Positions 37,033 to 46,532 of a stretch of DNA of 64,000 nucleotides are shown one piece after another. The notes beneath the pieces are model-generated. The model had not been told where the DNA came from. It ran no database searches and worked only from the letters and a program-made list of their open reading frames with translations. How positions within the stretch are numbered: the stretch's first letter is position 1; each line of letters starts with the position of its first letter. This DNA comes from Candidatus Helarchaeota archaeon (GTDB lineage Archaea > Asgardarchaeota > Lokiarchaeia > Helarchaeales > RDOG01): assembly GCA_019058315.1 (NCBI GenBank), contig JAHPZH010000003.1, forward strand, positions 73,669-137,668. The letters are read 5' to 3'. Both the position numbers and the translations under genes were made by a program.

Positions 37033-37614
37033 TTGTATTCAAAAATGGGAACTATGTATGAAATTCGATGGCACGGACGTGGTGGACAAGGTGCTATTAC
37101 TGCTGCTGAAATTCTTGCTGAAGCGGCTTATTATTATGAAGATAAATGGAATTGGGTGGCTGTATCTCCTACATTTGGAGCAGAAAGACGTGGTGCACCT
37201 ATTATAGCATCATCTCGAATAGCGGATGAAAAAATCAGAGTCCGTTCTGCAATCACTACACCTGATATTGTAGTTGTCTTAGATGACACCTTATTAGACG
37301 TTGTAGGTGTTACGATGGGGCTTAAATCAAATGGAAAAATTATAATTAATACTCCTAAAAAACCAAATGAACTTAATCTCGAAGGAGACTTCCAAATTGT
37401 CACTGCTGATGCTACAGGGGTCGCTTTGGAGCTTGATTTGAAAGCAGCTGGTTTACTTGTAACTAACACTCCAATATTAGGAGCAGTTGTAAAAGGAACA
37501 GAATTAGTTGCACTTGATGCAGTTCAAAAGATTATTAAAAAGAGATTTCCCGGAAAAAAAGGTGACCTAAACGCCAAAGCAGCCCAATTAACTTATGAAA
37601 GAACACTATTATAA
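37033..37614 (+). CDS. porC: Pyruvate/2-oxoacid:ferredoxin oxidoreductase gamma subunit
   Basis: EIRWHGRGGQG and FGAERRGAP motifs. The true start may be a few codons downstream. Confidence 0.92.
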   Translation: MYSKMGTMYEIRWHGRGGQGAITAAEILAEAAYYYEDKWNWVAVSPTFGAERRGAPIIASSRIADEKIRVRSAITTPDIVVVLDDTLLDVVGVTMGLKSNGKIIINTPKKPNELNLEGDFQIVTADATGVALELDLKAAGLLVTNTPILGAVVKGTELVALDAVQKIIKKRFPGKKGDLNAKAAQLTYERTLL

Positions 37615-37695
37615 TAAAAATTATTTAATCTTTTACGAAAACTTGAAAAACCTTTTATTCAATTTTTCGTTGTTTAGTTAGAATTAATATAGGAT

Positions 37696-37995
37696 TTGAC
37701 TAGTATGGACGAAGAAAGACCGATATCTTCCATGTCTTTTCCAATTGAAGGTGAAGCTGGTAAAACTGGGACATGGAGGACCCATCGACCAATTATTGAT
37801 AAAACTAAATGTACTGCTACCAAACAAAATAAATTGGTTTGTATGTTATGTTGGTTATTTTGCCCCGAAGCTACTATTAGTAAAACTATCCCTCCCAAAA
37901 TAAATTATGAGTATTGCAAAGGGTGTGGTGTTTGTGCAGAAGAATGTCCCACCAAAGCTATTTCCATGGAAGAGGAGGCTAATTTTAAGGAGTAA
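37696..37995 (+). CDS. porD: Pyruvate/2-oxoacid:ferredoxin oxidoreductase delta subunit
   Basis: KTGTWR..RP and YCKGCGVCAEECP motifs. Confidence 0.92.
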   Translation: MTSMDEERPISSMSFPIEGEAGKTGTWRTHRPIIDKTKCTATKQNKLVCMLCWLFCPEATISKTIPPKINYEYCKGCGVCAEECPTKAISMEEEANFKE

Positions 37996-38000
37996 TACTT

Positions 38001-39224
38001 ATGGGTGAGAAGTTATTAGTAACTGGAAATCATGCAGCTGCACATGCATGTAAAGATGCGAGAGTCCAAGTAGTAGCGGCATATCCAATAACCCCACAGA
38101 GTCCTGTTACAGAAAAGATTTCTGAATTTATAGCAGAGAAAAAAATGAAGGCACAATATATTTGTGTTGAATCCGAACATAGTGCAATCAGTGTTTGTAT
38201 TGCAGCTAGTACCACTGGTGCAAGGGTATTTACAGCATCTTCAGCTAATGGATTATGTTTGATGCATGAACAATTACATTGGGCTGCAGGGTCCAGACTA
38301 CCTATCGTTCTCGCAGCAGTTAATCGTGCTCCAGCAGCTCCTTGGAATGTATGGACTGATGAACAAGATTCAATTAGTCAGAGAGATACTGGTTGGATTC
38401 AATTATACTGTGAAGATAACCAAGAAATATATGATACTGTTCTCCAAGCATATAGAATTGCTGAAGATCCAAGGGTATATGCACCAGTGATGGTTTGTTA
38501 TGACGGATATATTCTATCTCATACAATAATGCCAGTCGAAACAATTGATCAAAAACAGATTGATGATTTTTTACCTCCATATAAACCGCATACAATCTTA
38601 GATCCAAAAGATCCTCGTGTTATTAATCTTGTAACCTTCCCATGGATTCGTCATGATGTTGATAAACCAGGAATAGAAAAATTTGGAGCATACCCTGAAA
38701 TAAGATTTGGACTTCAAAAATCATTACTTAATGCAGTAGACGTTATTAAGGAGATAGATGCAGATTTTGGTAGTCGGTTTGGTAGAAATTATGGAATTTA
38801 TAAAGAATATAGGTGTGAAGATGCCGATTTAGTAATAATGGGATTAGGCACACTCATTTGTGAAGCTCAAATTTCTGCAGATATGTTAAGAGAAGAAGGA
38901 TATAAAGTAGGAGTGTTGAGTCTAAAGCTATTTCGTCCTTTTCCAAGACAAGATTTAATTAAATTTGCTTCAAGAGAAAATATCAAGGCATTTGCTGTTT
39001 TTGATAGGAATCTAAGCTATGGCTATGAAGGAGCTTTATGTTCTGATTTTAAAGCCACACTTTTTACTGGTCATATCGATAAACCAGTTCATAATTATGT
39101 TGCTGGAATAGGGGGAAGGGATGTAACTGCCCAACAAATTGTAGATGCAACTAGAAAAAGTTGCAAAGCCCTTGAAAAAAATCAGATTGATAAGGAGTTA
39201 GAATGGATTAATGTCTTTCCTTGA
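38001..39224 (+). CDS. porA: Pyruvate/2-oxoacid:ferredoxin oxidoreductase alpha subunit
   Basis: AYPITPQ, VESEHSA, FRPFP and GIGGRD motifs. Confidence 0.92.
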   Translation: MGEKLLVTGNHAAAHACKDARVQVVAAYPITPQSPVTEKISEFIAEKKMKAQYICVESEHSAISVCIAASTTGARVFTASSANGLCLMHEQLHWAAGSRLPIVLAAVNRAPAAPWNVWTDEQDSISQRDTGWIQLYCEDNQEIYDTVLQAYRIAEDPRVYAPVMVCYDGYILSHTIMPVETIDQKQIDDFLPPYKPHTILDPKDPRVINLVTFPWIRHDVDKPGIEKFGAYPEIRFGLQKSLLNAVDVIKEIDADFGSRFGRNYGIYKEYRCEDADLVIMGLGTLICEAQISADMLREEGYKVGVLSLKLFRPFPRQDLIKFASRENIKAFAVFDRNLSYGYEGALCSDFKATLFTGHIDKPVHNYVAGIGGRDVTAQQIVDATRKSCKALEKNQIDKELEWINVFP

Positions 39225-39233
39225 GGTGAAAAT

Positions 39234-40148
39234 ATGGCCGAAAAAATAACGATTAAAGATATTCCAGACGAAGAATACATATATCCAGGAACTAGGGCGT
39301 GCTCAGGTTGTGCCTTATCTTTAGCTTATCGACATGCGTTGAAAGCTCTCCATTCAGATGGGGGAGAAATTATTGTAACTGTTCCTGCATCATGTTGTAC
39401 TGTATTACATGGAATGTATCCTGTTACATCAGTTAAATTTCCAATGTTAAATTGTGCATTTGAAACCACTGCGGCTACTGCTTCCGGAATTAAAGCAGCT
39501 CTTAAAGCTCAAGGAAAAGAAGATATAATTGTAGTAGGATGGGCAGGAGACGGAGGTACAGCGGATATAGGGATTCAAGCCCTAAGTGGTGCTGCAGAAC
39601 GTGAAACGGATTTTATTTATGTATGTTATGACAATGAAGCATATCAAAACACTGGAATGCAGAGAAGCTCACAAACTCCATTTAAAGGTTTTACAACTAC
39701 AACACCAATAGGAAAAATGGAACAAAAAAAGAATGTTCCCGCAATAATGGCAGCTCATGGCATCCCTTATGTTGCGACAGCCAATCCAAGTTATCCATTT
39801 GATTTATTTAAAAAATTTAAAAAAGCAAAAGAAATGAAAGGAGCAACTCGTTATATCCATATAATTAGCCCATGTCCACCAGGTTGGGGATTTGATACAA
39901 AAGATCTAATAAAAATTGGAAAATTGGCAACTGAAACAGGGATATTTACCCTCTATGAAATAATTAATGGAGATTTCCAATTAACAGGAGTTAGTAAATT
40001 AATCGCAGAAGGACGAAAAAAACGTTTACCAGTTAAAGAATATATAAAGGCTCAAAGAAGATTTAGATTTCTCACAGAGAAAGATATTGAATTAATTCAG
40101 AAAAATATTGATGAAAAATACAAAGAATATTCTAATAAAATCATGTAA
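39234..40148 (+). CDS. porB: Pyruvate/2-oxoacid:ferredoxin oxidoreductase beta subunit (TPP-binding)
   Basis: ACSGC, GDGGT.DIG, DNEAY.NTG.QRS and PCPPGW motifs. Confidence 0.92.
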   Translation: MAEKITIKDIPDEEYIYPGTRACSGCALSLAYRHALKALHSDGGEIIVTVPASCCTVLHGMYPVTSVKFPMLNCAFETTAATASGIKAALKAQGKEDIIVVGWAGDGGTADIGIQALSGAAERETDFIYVCYDNEAYQNTGMQRSSQTPFKGFTTTTPIGKMEQKKNVPAIMAAHGIPYVATANPSYPFDLFKKFKKAKEMKGATRYIHIISPCPPGWGFDTKDLIKIGKLATETGIFTLYEIINGDFQLTGVSKLIAEGRKKRLPVKEYIKAQRRFRFLTEKDIELIQKNIDEKYKEYSNKIM

Positions 40149-40313
40149 ATTTTTTGAAAAAATGTAATTTTATTAAAAACTCTATTTTTTTCAACCTAAT
40201 TGAAATTCCTTTTTAAAATTAATTATAGTAAAAACTTATAAAACATATCTATCATGTTTTTTTAATAAGTTCTTAATTTAATAAATATAAAAAGAACTTG
40301 TAAATTAATTGAG

Positions 40314-40556
40314 GTGGTTAGAGAATTGAAACAACCTGAAACAGAGATAACAAACTCGGTATCCTATGATTTGGCAAATGTAGGTAAATTTGTTTTATAT
40401 CTATCGGTAGCTATTTCACTATCTATTACATTAATACTCTGTGGACTAGCTTTAATTAGATTTCTAGATTTCTATAATTCAGATTTAGTAACTTTTAGTC
40501 AAATAGTGGATATATATGCAAAAATTGAAGTATTAAAAATAGCTGGAATAATTTAA
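40314..40556 (+). CDS. Small single-TM hypothetical protein
   Basis: 80 aa with one long hydrophobic segment. Confidence 0.55.
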   Translation: MVRELKQPETEITNSVSYDLANVGKFVLYLSVAISLSITLILCGLALIRFLDFYNSDLVTFSQIVDIYAKIEVLKIAGII

Positions 40557-40624
40557 GTAAACATTTCATTTTTTTTTTAATTTAAAATATTTATTTTTTA
40601 TACAATTAAAATAATCAAGATACT

Positions 40625-41659
40625 ATGAGTTTTAACATTCAAACAATTCTCTTTGAGCTAACAAAATCATGTAATTTAAATTGCAAACATTGTTACACAA
40701 TTGATTTTGAAAATCATAGAGATTCAATATCAGAAGTTTTATCATTAAATCAAGTAAAGCTCATTTTAAATAGAGTAAAGCAATATAATATTAAAAATAT
40801 CGTTTTATCTGGAGGGGAGCCGTTTCTACGAAAAGATATATTTGAAATTATAGATATTGCAGGAAATTTTGGTTTTGAATCCATAGTAATTAATACTAAT
40901 GGTATTTTATTAAATGATCTAAGAATAATCAATCAAATTAAAACACGATTAGATCTTATTACAGCTATAGTTATTAGTTTTGATGGGGCAACTAGTCAAA
41001 CTCACGATTTTATTAGAGGAAAGGGACAATTTGATAAACTTATAAAAATCTTAGAAAAAATTTATTCTTACGATCTCCCTTTAGGACTAAATGTCACCAT
41101 TGGAAATTGGAATTTCCATGAATTGAATGATTTTTTTAATATTTATGATAAATTTAATGCGTTTTATATGAATTTTGGGTTGTTTATCCCTATTGGAAAT
41201 GGAATAAAAATCAAAGAACAAATATTATCTCCAAAAAAAATTGCAGAATTGATTCATATGACAGCAGAAAAAAGATTAACTGGTTATAATGTCGATCTTT
41301 GTTCTTTCCCTTATTCCAAGTTAATAAATAAAGATATTTCAGGATATTGTTGTAATATTTTTACGGATTTTATTACAGTTACAGCTCAAGGGAATGTTAT
41401 TCCTTGCATAATGTATGATTTTAATTGCGGTTCTTTACTAGAACCAGATATAAATATCAAAGAAATTCTAAATCATCCATTAGCTCAAACATTTCGTGAT
41501 CCATCCAAATTAAAGAAAAAAATGAAAGGTAAATGCACAGATTGTTCTGAATTTAATACTTGCAAGGGTGGTTGTAAATTATTAGCCTTATCATTAAAAA
41601 ATGATATGTTTGAATCAGATCCACTATGTCCTATAAAATATTTGCTAAATTTGGAATAA
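40625..41659 (+). CDS. Radical SAM/SPASM-domain protein (PqqE/NirJ/Ahb-like)
   Basis: CNLNCKHC, SGGEP, NTNG, G.VIPC and C..C.....CKGGC...DPLC motifs. Confidence 0.88.
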   Translation: MSFNIQTILFELTKSCNLNCKHCYTIDFENHRDSISEVLSLNQVKLILNRVKQYNIKNIVLSGGEPFLRKDIFEIIDIAGNFGFESIVINTNGILLNDLRIINQIKTRLDLITAIVISFDGATSQTHDFIRGKGQFDKLIKILEKIYSYDLPLGLNVTIGNWNFHELNDFFNIYDKFNAFYMNFGLFIPIGNGIKIKEQILSPKKIAELIHMTAEKRLTGYNVDLCSFPYSKLINKDISGYCCNIFTDFITVTAQGNVIPCIMYDFNCGSLLEPDINIKEILNHPLAQTFRDPSKLKKKMKGKCTDCSEFNTCKGGCKLLALSLKNDMFESDPLCPIKYLLNLE

Positions 41660-41731
41660 TAATGCTTACAGAAATAAGAAAATATAACATTATGATATTC
41701 TTAAAAAAAAAAATGTTAAAATTAATTTTTT

Positions 41732-43204
41732 TTATGAAGATTTTACTTTTCGATAATAGAAAAGAACTGCAATAGCTGCTGCAACACCTATCAGAGGTAA
41801 AATAATAAATAACGCGAGCATCGTATTGTCTTCGGGTATTAAAAGCAATATAAGAGGATTTATAGCTCCTTTTTTATGTTCTGTAGTAGGTCCATTAAAA
41901 ATCCTGCAAAAAACACCTCGAGCTGATCCATCTTGATCCATACTATCCCAAGATATTATAAATGAGGTGTTACCATAACAACATACAGAAGGACGCTGTT
42001 GATCATTAGTTGTAATCTTATTCACTAGGATATCATCTGTTTGATTAACACCCGTTAAATTGAATAGTTTCGCGAAAATTCCCCATCCACTTCCATCTTG
42101 ACCATTGCTTTCCCAAGCGACAACAAAAGAGCCATTGTCAAAACAATCAATATCTGGATTTTGTTTACTGCTCGTTATATTTGTATTAACTCTTATTTCT
42201 CCGGTTAGAGGAGTGCCATTGTAATTAAAAATTCGGACACCAATACCATCAATATCTCCTGGAACGTCACCCTGCCAAGTTACTATGAAAGTATCATTAC
42301 CAAAACAACAAACTCTGTGATAAAAATCAAAATTTGAATTGGGTTCATTCACCAAAATATCATCAGTCTGGTTATGTCCGGTTGAGTTAAAGACCTTGGC
42401 ATAAATATCATAATCACCATCTTGATCGCTACACCAAGTAACAATAAAAGAGCCGTTATTGAAACAACCTACGGAGGGGAATTTTTGATTACTTGTCTTA
42501 TTCGTATTTACCATGATATCATCCGTTCTATTATCACCAGTTGCATTGAAAATCTTGACATATATATCATCGTCACTTGAAGTTGTATCGTGTTCCCAAG
42601 CTATTACAAAAGAGCCATTATTAAAACAATCAATGGATGAAGGATATTGATCATCGGTGGTATTTGTATTTACTATGATATGGTCAGTTTGAGCTTGTCC
42701 TGTTGAGTTAAAAATTCTAGTGATAACCCCATAGTAACTCATTTCATCTTCACCAAGACTTGACCAAGTTATCACGTTTGTTTCTTCGGAATTGTAAGAA
42801 ATTGAAGGTGTTATTTGAGAACCACCCGTATATTGGTCATTAACTAAAATATCATTTGTTAAATTCATTCCCTTTGAATCGAAGTTTTTAAGATAAATAC
42901 CATTTGTATCTCCTGAACCATTACCACGCCAGACTACTGTAAAGGCACCACTCGAATTGCAACTAACATCTGCAGTCCATTGCTCGCCCGAGATAAACGT
43001 ATTAACTTGTATTTCATCTCCTTTTGTTATTTCAATGGCTTTTGGTGTTAGTTCTTTGACATAGTTTTTTGAATCAATTGTTTGGGAAAGTAAACACGTG
43101 TAACTTTGCAGAGAATTTTGAACTTGAATCGTTGAAAGTAGACCTATCGTAATTAATAAAATTATATATGCAATTTTAGTCTTTTTTACCAATTTATCTC
43201 TCAC
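41732..43204 (-). CDS. Surface-anchored glycoprotein with seven repeats of about 55 aa (likely beta-propeller)
   Basis: N-terminal hydrophobic signal, repeated VN....Q..P...C...GSF.V.W....D..I....FN.TG...TDDI units, many NxS/T sequons, C-terminal TM and basic tail. Confidence 0.75.
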   Translation of the reverse strand: MRDKLVKKTKIAYIILLITIGLLSTIQVQNSLQSYTCLLSQTIDSKNYVKELTPKAIEITKGDEIQVNTFISGEQWTADVSCNSSGAFTVVWRGNGSGDTNGIYLKNFDSKGMNLTNDILVNDQYTGGSQITPSISYNSEETNVITWSSLGEDEMSYYGVITRIFNSTGQAQTDHIIVNTNTTDDQYPSSIDCFNNGSFVIAWEHDTTSSDDDIYVKIFNATGDNRTDDIMVNTNKTSNQKFPSVGCFNNGSFIVTWCSDQDGDYDIYAKVFNSTGHNQTDDILVNEPNSNFDFYHRVCCFGNDTFIVTWQGDVPGDIDGIGVRIFNYNGTPLTGEIRVNTNITSSKQNPDIDCFDNGSFVVAWESNGQDGSGWGIFAKLFNLTGVNQTDDILVNKITTNDQQRPSVCCYGNTSFIISWDSMDQDGSARGVFCRIFNGPTTEHKKGAINPLILLLIPEDNTMLALFIILPLIGVAAAIAVLFYYRKVKSS

Positions 43205-43281
43205 CTATAGTTATATCTGAGAGATTTTTTTTTCATTCTCAAATATTTAAATCTTGTGTTGAATGATTTCAAAAGGGAATA

Positions 43282-43665
43282 TTATTTATTATCTATTAGT
43301 TCATTTAATTTCTTTTGACGAAATTTTTTAAATTTTGAAGGTTTAATAGATTTTATTGCAATTAAAGGGTTATTCTTAGGCAATCCATGTGGTAAAATAA
43401 ATTCCTCATTCTCTAATTTTAATAAATATTTTTTGGCATCCTTGAATAAAGAATACTTGCCATTCTTACTGGTATTTAGGTCTTTTTTTTCCCTATAATA
43501 GTCAAAGGTACTCCATTTTTCTTTGCTACGTGCCCATACAATTAAATAATTTCTATCCTTTGGAATTAAGGTATATTTGGTAATTTTTTGGTTTGTTTTT
43601 AGTAAAATGCTAATTAAATTCTCTGATTCCCAATATACAAATTCACCTTTCTGTAATTCTTCCAA
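43282..43665 (-). CDS. Hypothetical protein
   Basis: 127-aa ORF 3 bp downstream of 43669..44049, TTG start. Confidence 0.5.
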   Translation of the reverse strand: MEELQKGEFVYWESENLISILLKTNQKITKYTLIPKDRNYLIVWARSKEKWSTFDYYREKKDLNTSKNGKYSLFKDAKKYLLKLENEEFILPHGLPKNNPLIAIKSIKPSKFKKFRQKKLNELIDNK

Positions 43666-43668
43666 GGC

Positions 43669-44049
43669 TTACCACTTGAATATAAATTCATCAACTTCAA
43701 GAATATCATTGATTTTGATCTTAATTTTAGCAATACTTTCAAGGGCATGTTCATCTTCGGAAAATGTGTGAGAGCTATACCGTTCCATTGTGCAAGTGGT
43801 GGATATTTCAAAAATTCCTTTTTCTAATTCCTTTATAGAATTTACCTTTATCTCTTTAAGAACCCAAGAGGATTCGACGCCCCACCATATATTATATCCT
43901 TTTAATGATTTTAATTTGTTATTAAATTCTTCCTTTGTTATTTTTTTATTGAATAATTTTTGGTATAACTCCATTCCCTCATCTTCGTCTTTTTGAAGCT
44001 CTTTTTTTATTATCTTTTTGATAGTTTTTTCTGTAAATTTTTCTTTCAT
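43669..44049 (-). CDS. Hypothetical protein
   Basis: 126-aa ORF with ATG start and typical composition. Confidence 0.55.
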   Translation of the reverse strand: MKEKFTEKTIKKIIKKELQKDEDEGMELYQKLFNKKITKEEFNNKLKSLKGYNIWWGVESSWVLKEIKVNSIKELEKGIFEISTTCTMERYSSHTFSEDEHALESIAKIKIKINDILEVDEFIFKW

Positions 44050-44144
44050 TTCTTCAACTCGAAAAATATCTTAATTTTCCTAAAATTTTAAAGTTTTGTC
44101 TAATTTGTTATCATATAAAATTTAAATCATGGAAAGAAAAAAAG

Positions 44145-44876
44145 ATGGAAGTAATTCCAAAATATGCTGCTAGTGTAATTCTGATTCGTAATTTTAAAGA
44201 GAAAGGAGATAAGTTTTTTGAAGTCCTGTTGATTAAAAGGTCAGAAACGATGAAATTTCTAGGAGGATTTCATGCTTTTCCTGGAGGGAAAATAAAGGAA
44301 GATGATTATATTGAAAAAAATTTAGAAAGATGTAGGGGATTGAGTATAGATCAAGCTTATGATATCTTATATAATCAAAATACCTCTTTTAAAGAAAAAA
44401 AAATTGCATTAAGTTGCTGGATTGCTGCTATTCGTGAAGTTTTTGAAGAAGTTGGCATTTTAATCGCATACAAGGATAACAAGTTAATTGATTTGTCTAA
44501 TAAAAGTAAAATAAACAAATTTCAAGAATATAGAGGTAATTTAATAAAAAATGAAATTTCCATGTTGGAAATAATGGAAACAGAAGATCTATTTTATGCA
44601 GTTGATAAACTCCATTATTTTCGTCATTTTATCACTCCACCATTTGCCCCAATTAGATTTGATACACGATTTTTTCTCACTAAATTACCCGACGGTCAAC
44701 AAGGAATAGACCCAGATAATAAAGAAATTGTTGATTATGAATGGCTAACACCAAAAAATTCTTTGAAAAAATATAGAAAAAAAGAGATTAAAATCATTCC
44801 ACCACAATATGCTTGTTTAAGAGGTTTAATGAACAGAGATCAAATTCGAGAACTTGAAAAATGCGATCTTATTTAG
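44145..44876 (+). CDS. NUDIX hydrolase, NUDT19/acyl-CoA diphosphatase-like
   Basis: AASVIL, FPGGK, AAIREVFEEVG, ITP....RFDTRFF and PPQ motifs. Confidence 0.88.
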   Translation: MEVIPKYAASVILIRNFKEKGDKFFEVLLIKRSETMKFLGGFHAFPGGKIKEDDYIEKNLERCRGLSIDQAYDILYNQNTSFKEKKIALSCWIAAIREVFEEVGILIAYKDNKLIDLSNKSKINKFQEYRGNLIKNEISMLEIMETEDLFYAVDKLHYFRHFITPPFAPIRFDTRFFLTKLPDGQQGIDPDNKEIVDYEWLTPKNSLKKYRKKEIKIIPPQYACLRGLMNRDQIRELEKCDLI

Positions 44877-44984
44877 ACCTAGATAACATAAAAAAAATAT
44901 ACATTTTTCATAAAAGATCGAATTTATTGATCAAAATTAGATGATTTTACTATTTGATCCAATAAAAGGGAAAGGTCAAAGTTA

Positions 44985-45308
44985 ATGATTTGGTTAATAC
45001 TCAGCTTTCTATTTGTATATGGATTTATGCTTTGTATGTATTATGGCATGCAACATCTAAAAACCACAAAAAATGACATTCAAACTTCTTTTAAATCTAA
45101 TGTTGAGAAAGGTGTCCCATTAGAAGCTGTAGGTAGGCTTTACTCTGATTCGATCAATATTCCAATTCTTGATGATACCCTAAATAACCAACATAATCGA
45201 AATCTTGAAAATCCTCAAAACAAAGAAATGATAATTTGCAGAGCATGTTCCAGATCTATACCAGTAGATTCAAAGTTTTGCATTTATTGTGGTTCAAAAT
45301 TATTTTAA
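44985..45308 (+). CDS. Membrane-anchored double zinc-ribbon protein
   Basis: N-terminal TM segment and C-terminal CRAC...SKFCIYCG. Confidence 0.75.
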   Translation: MIWLILSFLFVYGFMLCMYYGMQHLKTTKNDIQTSFKSNVEKGVPLEAVGRLYSDSINIPILDDTLNNQHNRNLENPQNKEMIICRACSRSIPVDSKFCIYCGSKLF

Positions 45309-45522
45309 AATTAAAACTCTCTATTTTTTTTATAATATTGGCGCTAATTTTTATTGAAATAATGGGATATTTGTAAAAATAAATTACTTTTTACTCAAAA
45401 GTCGTAAATAGCTGCTGATTAAAAAAATATTTAAATTATCTATATAAAATTAGATTTAAATTTGAATTAAAACTAATTATCATACCATTAATTAAAAAAT
45501 TAGGAAACGATGTGAGTTTCTT

Positions 45523-46122
45523 ATGTCTGATGAGATAGAAATAGAATCATTAAAGAAGATGTCTAAAGATCTTTACAATCAGAACCAGAAATTAAAGCAA
45601 GAAATCAAGGCGCTTCAAGAACAGATTTATAGTATTTTTTCACAATATAAAATGGTTACAGGAAAGACCCTTGAATCAGCATTGGACTGCGCTAAAATTG
45701 CAGATGAGTTAGTTGATGGAGCTAAAGAAGAATTATTAATTATTACTCCTGTTATTGATAAAAAATATGTAGGCAAAATATTTGACAAGGTCAATAAAAA
45801 AGTAAATGTAATGATAGTAACATCCGAAATGGATCAATTGAAAACTAAAGACCTTAAACAATATATAGAAAATTTGAAAGCGATTAAATCAAATGAATTG
45901 ATAAAGAGTTTTACAAATCCTACAACAAGGTCCTTTATAATTATTAAAGATAAAGAACGAGCGTTAGTTTCTAGTGGAGCCTTAGCTGAGATGGTGATGA
46001 CTTTAACGCAGAATATAGGATTTATGTTAACAAATAAGAATGATTTAAATACATTACTCAGGTTTTTTAAACAACATCTTCCTAGGTTTGTAAAAGTTGA
46101 TTTAATACCGGTGACAGACTAA
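45523..46122 (+). CDS. Coiled-coil plus degenerate PLD-like (HKD-less) domain protein
   Basis: A.EEL.I.TP.I and V.V.IVT pattern. RSFIIIKD..RALVSSG.L sits where H.K..I.D...I.S.N is expected. Confidence 0.5.
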   Translation: MSDEIEIESLKKMSKDLYNQNQKLKQEIKALQEQIYSIFSQYKMVTGKTLESALDCAKIADELVDGAKEELLIITPVIDKKYVGKIFDKVNKKVNVMIVTSEMDQLKTKDLKQYIENLKAIKSNELIKSFTNPTTRSFIIIKDKERALVSSGALAEMVMTLTQNIGFMLTNKNDLNTLLRFFKQHLPRFVKVDLIPVTD

Positions 46123-46129
46123 AAATAGA

Positions 46130-46519
46130 TTATTTTCGGGAAACTTTTCTCATTTTATCAAATGTTTCAGCTAAAATATTTACTAAATTAGGATTCTCTA
46201 CATTTTTTAAAATATTTCCTGCAGCTCCTTTGAGTATATCTTTGAAATTTAGAGGATTTTCGTCCTTCCTTAATAATAAAGCCACTATATGGTTTGGAAT
46301 CCCAATATAGTTCTCTCCCTCAAGTCCCGAATAAAAGCTTGAGATTTTCATATTAGGTTGTGTAGTAACTGCAAAAGATGGTTCATTAGATTGTAATCGA
46401 TGAGTTGAATAAATCGACATCAATAATCGTTCTGTTACTTTATATCTCTTTGGATATTGGGCTATTAAAGATGTCCCAATTTCATTATCCCATTTTAATA
46501 GGATGATTCCTAGTGGCAT
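46130..46519 (-). CDS. Stand-alone longin/uDENN-like domain protein
   Basis: GIILLKWD..IG....AQYP, IY..H, SFYSG and LLL..DE.P..F.DIL motifs. Clearly homologous to the N-terminus of 49889..50980. Confidence 0.6.
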   Translation of the reverse strand: MPLGIILLKWDNEIGTSLIAQYPKRYKVTERLLMSIYSTHRLQSNEPSFAVTTQPNMKISSFYSGLEGENYIGIPNHIVALLLRKDENPLNFKDILKGAAGNILKNVENPNLVNILAETFDKMRKVSRK

Positions 46520-46532
46520 AATTTTATCTCCT

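Noticed and set aside
40267-40299. Inverted repeat aagttctt-N17-aagaactt
   Set aside because: It is a single 8-bp arm pair in very AT-rich DNA with no second occurrence seen, so it may be chance.
40314-41659. RiPP cluster (small ORF as precursor for the SPASM radical SAM enzyme)
   Set aside because: The 80-aa ORF looks like a single-TM membrane protein. No leader/core pattern, RRE domain, protease or transporter is evident.
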